A stretch of 64,000 nt of DNA, from NCBI GenBank assembly GCA_020137815.1, contig CM035356.1, positions 6,200,001-6,264,000 of the forward strand, given 5' to 3'. A program made the position numbers and the translations under genes. How positions within the stretch are numbered: the first letter of the stretch is position 1; each line of letters starts with the position of its first letter. Under the pieces are notes generated by a model. The model was given only the letters and a program-made list of their open reading frames with translations, was not told the DNA's origin and did no database searches. Below are positions 60,257 through 64,000 of this stretch, piece after piece. This stretch comes from Hormiphora californensis. Lineage: Eukaryota; Animalia; Ctenophora.

Positions 60257-61641
60257 AATATGTATAGGAGCTGCCCTCAGAGGGGCAACATTAGAACTTA
60301 GAAGTAGTACTGGCCGCTGTTGTATAGGCTACATTCGAAAAAGAAGAAGAATACGAGAAGTGAATAAGTGCACTGCATTCAGAATGTGTCGAGAAATGAA
60401 GGAGTTCAGAGAGATTCACAGTCAGATATTTTTGGGGATAAGGGTCGCATGAGAGAAAGAACAGTAGAGAAATGAATTGTTCATACTGAACAAGCAGAGA
60501 TATATGTTTGTTTTCTTAATCGAGTTTTACTTGTTGTGTACATGTGTATATTTCGGAATCCATTACAATCTAACAATCCATGAATTTGTCAATTTGTACC
60601 AAACTATCAACTTAAAACGTCTGACAGAATCGCTGACTTTCTATGTCAGTGGCCCGACCCATGTCACACAATCTAACACCATATAAACGTACCGCGCGGT
60701 GCAACCAACGGTAGGCTTGAAGCGCAGATGACGCGCGCACGTGCTGTTCTTTCTCACGGTTGCCGCTGGTCTCCAGCACATTTACCGCCATCAACACTGT
60801 GGCTGGTTTGCGGCTGCAGACGATTGCGAACTGATCCAGAACTGACAAAGCATTTTTCACCATTTATCCAAATTGATTAAAAAGACTGATCGGTTGATAG
60901 AAAGAGAACAAACCGTTCAGAGACATGATATGACACAGATCAGTCTTGTTGATAAAAAACACGGATTTGCAGTTTCGCAAAATTTAAGATGTTTAAATAG
61001 TTGCAGGAATGAATACAATTAAAATTTCATATCATATAAACTGGAGTTGCATCGCTCTCCGTCTCACATTTCTCTCACAGTGCTCCCTCTCTCTCGTAAA
61101 GAGAGTTGCAGTTTCTCCTAAACCCATTTCGCTGTTTAACATTATAAGCAACCCAGATCACACACACACGCACACGTCAGACAACAGCCGCACTTTGTTG
61201 TTACTCAACAAGCCGCACTAGTTTGGGGGGGGGGGGGTCAGACCTGAAATATAGGAACACTCAGCACAAACACACACCTGGTACATCTGGTATTAATCCT
61301 AAACTAATATAACGTTGTAATTTTCGGTTTAGGTAAAAATATAAAAAAAGTTAAAATTTTAGGCCCACACAACTTTTCACACATCCTATCTCTATCTATT
61401 CTCTCCCTCTCTCTGTCTCTTTCTCTCTCACTTTCTCATTGAACTGTTTGTCATTCCTTTCTCAATCATACCTCTCTCTCTCTTTTTCCATGGTTGTAGG
61501 TACATTGATGTGCAACGCAAGTCAGGGGAAATCATATTCGCCTGAAATAACTTACTCCCTCACTCTCTCTGATTGTCACATGATGGGGTTAATAACGCGT
61601 GATGGCCCACGCGTGACGTCCCATAGTAACGCGTGATACTG

Positions 61642-63411
61642 TCACGTAACTGTGCTGCTCACTTTCTGTCGTTTCAGTGGCTGGTCCTCGTCTTCTTCCT
61701 CATCGCTGTCATCTGCGTAATCCACTAAGGGTGAACTGTTACTAACCACCATGGGTGTCGTGGTCACCACCAGAGAGGGTGCTGTCGTCTTCTCTGGTGT
61801 TATTACAGGTGTCACGGCGCTGGTTATGGTGGGGGAGGAGGTGATCACTTTATTAGGAGGTGGTTTGGTGTCCAAAACACGGTTCTGTACTACGAGGGGG
61901 GAGTTGTAGAGGGCTTTATTTATCTCAGGGGCAGTTGGGGTGGCTGGTGGGGTGGGTTCATCATCATCTTTGAAATAGTTCTCCTCATTTTCATCTAATT
62001 CCCGGGGATCTCTCCGGAACCGGTTGTTTGTATCAAACCCTCCAACTCCCTTGGTCGAGTCCTTTGCTTTTTGGGCCCGTTCCCTCTCCACGATCTGCTC
62101 ATGTTTAGTATGCAGTGCTTTGAACGTGGCACACTGTTCCACATCCAACAATTCCTGTATGTGGTTTTCACACACATACTTTATCAAAGTTTTCAAGTCC
62201 TCAATCTTGATAAATTCCATCAACTCCAGAACTGCGCTATTTAGCATGTTGTGTTTTTGGCCGTTCTTCACAAAGGCGTCCACCACAAAAGACATGAGAT
62301 CGAACTTGACGATGTAGCGGTTATAGAACTCGTCCTTGAGTCCGATAATCTTCCGGAAGAACTTGAGTGCGTTAAGGGCGAGGAAGGAGTACCGGGGGTT
62401 CATCAACAGGAGAACCTGAAATATTGGGGAGTTGAGTTAGTTGGGGTTTAGAAATTTAATTAAGAGTCTGATTGAAATGACAATTACCTTCTGTAATATT
62501 TCCTTCCCTAAGATATAATTCTTCACGTGATAGGTATGGTTCTCCACAGCGAAGGATAACACATCAAGAACACTGGCTACCAGAGAGCTGTTCTCAGAGC
62601 GGGAGATATACTTCAAACACTCGCTACCATGTGTTGCCAGCACTATCGGTTCTGTTAAGCGATGCATTGCATTCTGAAATAAAGAGGGAGGTATGAGGAG
62701 TGCTGAAATACAGAGGGAGGTTAGAGGAATGGTGAGTGCCGAGTGGGCACGTCGCGCCCCTCTGATAGGACGAGGAATCCGGTCTATCCAAGAGTGGAAT
62801 TAGACAAGAGAGAGGTATAAATCAGAATGGATGAGAAGAAGGGACATAACATTCCTTACCTTATAAAAGAACTGAAGGAACTCGCTCCTCTCCAGTCTGT
62901 TCAGAGATCTGAGCATGTTCTCAGGGTCTATAAGGGTACGGAGCAGTCCAAATAGGGTCCCTTCAGCATTACAACCCGGGTGTTTTACCACCCGTTCTAT
63001 TACTATGTTAATTAACAACGCATCTTCGTCGTGTGTTGATGCTTCCTGAGGTTGGGTGAATATATGGTTAGATATTAGGTAATGCAATAAATTCACTGAA
63101 ATTACCCCTCAACGTGAGCGGGGCGTGAGCGTAATAGGGGTGACTTCGTAACCAAGTTAGATACAAAGAATATTCGACAAACTCTGCAAACAACTAAAAC
63201 TCTGCAGATGGCCAGAAATTCTAGTCAGTACCAGCAGTAATGGTACTGGCTAAACTGAGTAGAATAGTACTGGTCCAGTAACCAGTTCAATTACCTGAAC
63301 CATGAAGTCCCGGACAAGGGAGGGGTTTGTGTCAGTGGCGAAGGATAGGATATCCGCAGCAACACTCCATATCTCCTCCACGTCTATACCTGGAAAAGAG
63401 AGATGGGTGAG

Positions 63412-63446
<35 letters not shown>

Positions 63447-63764
63447 GTGAGTAGAAAGAGAGAGGGTTGAGTAGAAAGGGATACCCCATACTAAGGTTAG
63501 CATATGTTGCTATATATGTGTAAATTGATACTCCTGCTGCTGCTACATGTTGGACAACATGCTGGAAGGTTTCCAGAGCCCTCTCTCTACCAACATCTAC
63601 ACAATTATCTGGCAACTTGCCAGGACTCTTACCGAGGAGAAACTCAAGGGTGGCAAAGAGTCTCTTGCCCGCCAGACACTTTAGAAACGACGTCCTTCCC
63701 TGGACCTGTATTGGAAGGATTGTTAGAGAGAGAGAGAGCGAGAGAGCTGAGAGAGAGAGAGAGA

Positions 63765-63835
<71 letters not shown>

Positions 63836-63971
63836 TAGAAAAGGAGGACAAGCTCACCTGAAGCGTATTTGAGTAGTTACAGAACTCCCGCAGTAACCTA
63901 GCCAGATCTATCCTCTTCCCAGTTTCCAGGTTCTCATCCTGTAGTTGCTGGAACAACTTTGTCAGGAAGAT
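61642..63971 (-). CDS. PPP4R3: Serine/threonine phosphatase 4 regulatory subunit 3 (SMEK/Psy2), last six exons; 5' part lies beyond the window
   Basis: Exons 63971-63858, 63705-63633, 63389-63295, 63045-62860, 62673-62488 and 62415-61642 are in phase. Motifs: LLRTLIDPENM, EFLQFFY, LSFAVENHTYHVKNYI, ALKFFRKIIGLKDEFYNRYI, NMLNSAVLEL, LVDYADD. Confidence 0.93.
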
Positions 63972-64000
63972 CTGAAGGGATAACGGGGATCAGAGTTTCA

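Overview
Eukaryotic (animal) genomic DNA, intron-rich and repeat-rich. It is very likely from a ctenophore (Pleurobrachia-like), because it contains the ctenophore spliced-leader (SL) sequence as I recall it. Seven spliced host genes can be built by hand with GT-AG introns and consistent phases: the 5' end of an SLC25 mitochondrial carrier (-), a ZZZ3-like gene that lacks the SANT and ZZ domains (-), a small 175-aa orphan gene (+), an 18-exon gene with 2xCCCH, a DUS1L-type Cys/His finger and LRRs (-), a nested antisense 4-TM gene inside it (+), a 24-exon receptor guanylyl cyclase (+), and the 3' part of PP4R3/SMEK (-). Mobile DNA includes L2/CR1-group LINE fragments, several MITE families and two kb-scale foldbacks. 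Two elements stand out. (1) 16733-18014 is a complete TSD-flanked retro-insertion made of SL + an intact LINE-ORF1-like ORF + an A-rich tail, i.e. a trans-spliced ORF1-only retroelement or retrocopy. (2) 51613-55818 is a 4.2-kb non-autonomous Polinton/Maverick-type element (AGTAG..CTACT ends, 6-bp TSD) carrying a spliced RING-finger/acidic-repeat gene. Splice sites are repeatedly duplicated in tandem across several genes. Sequence at ~33400-33750, ~36400-40600 and ~44000-44900 looks error-degraded.
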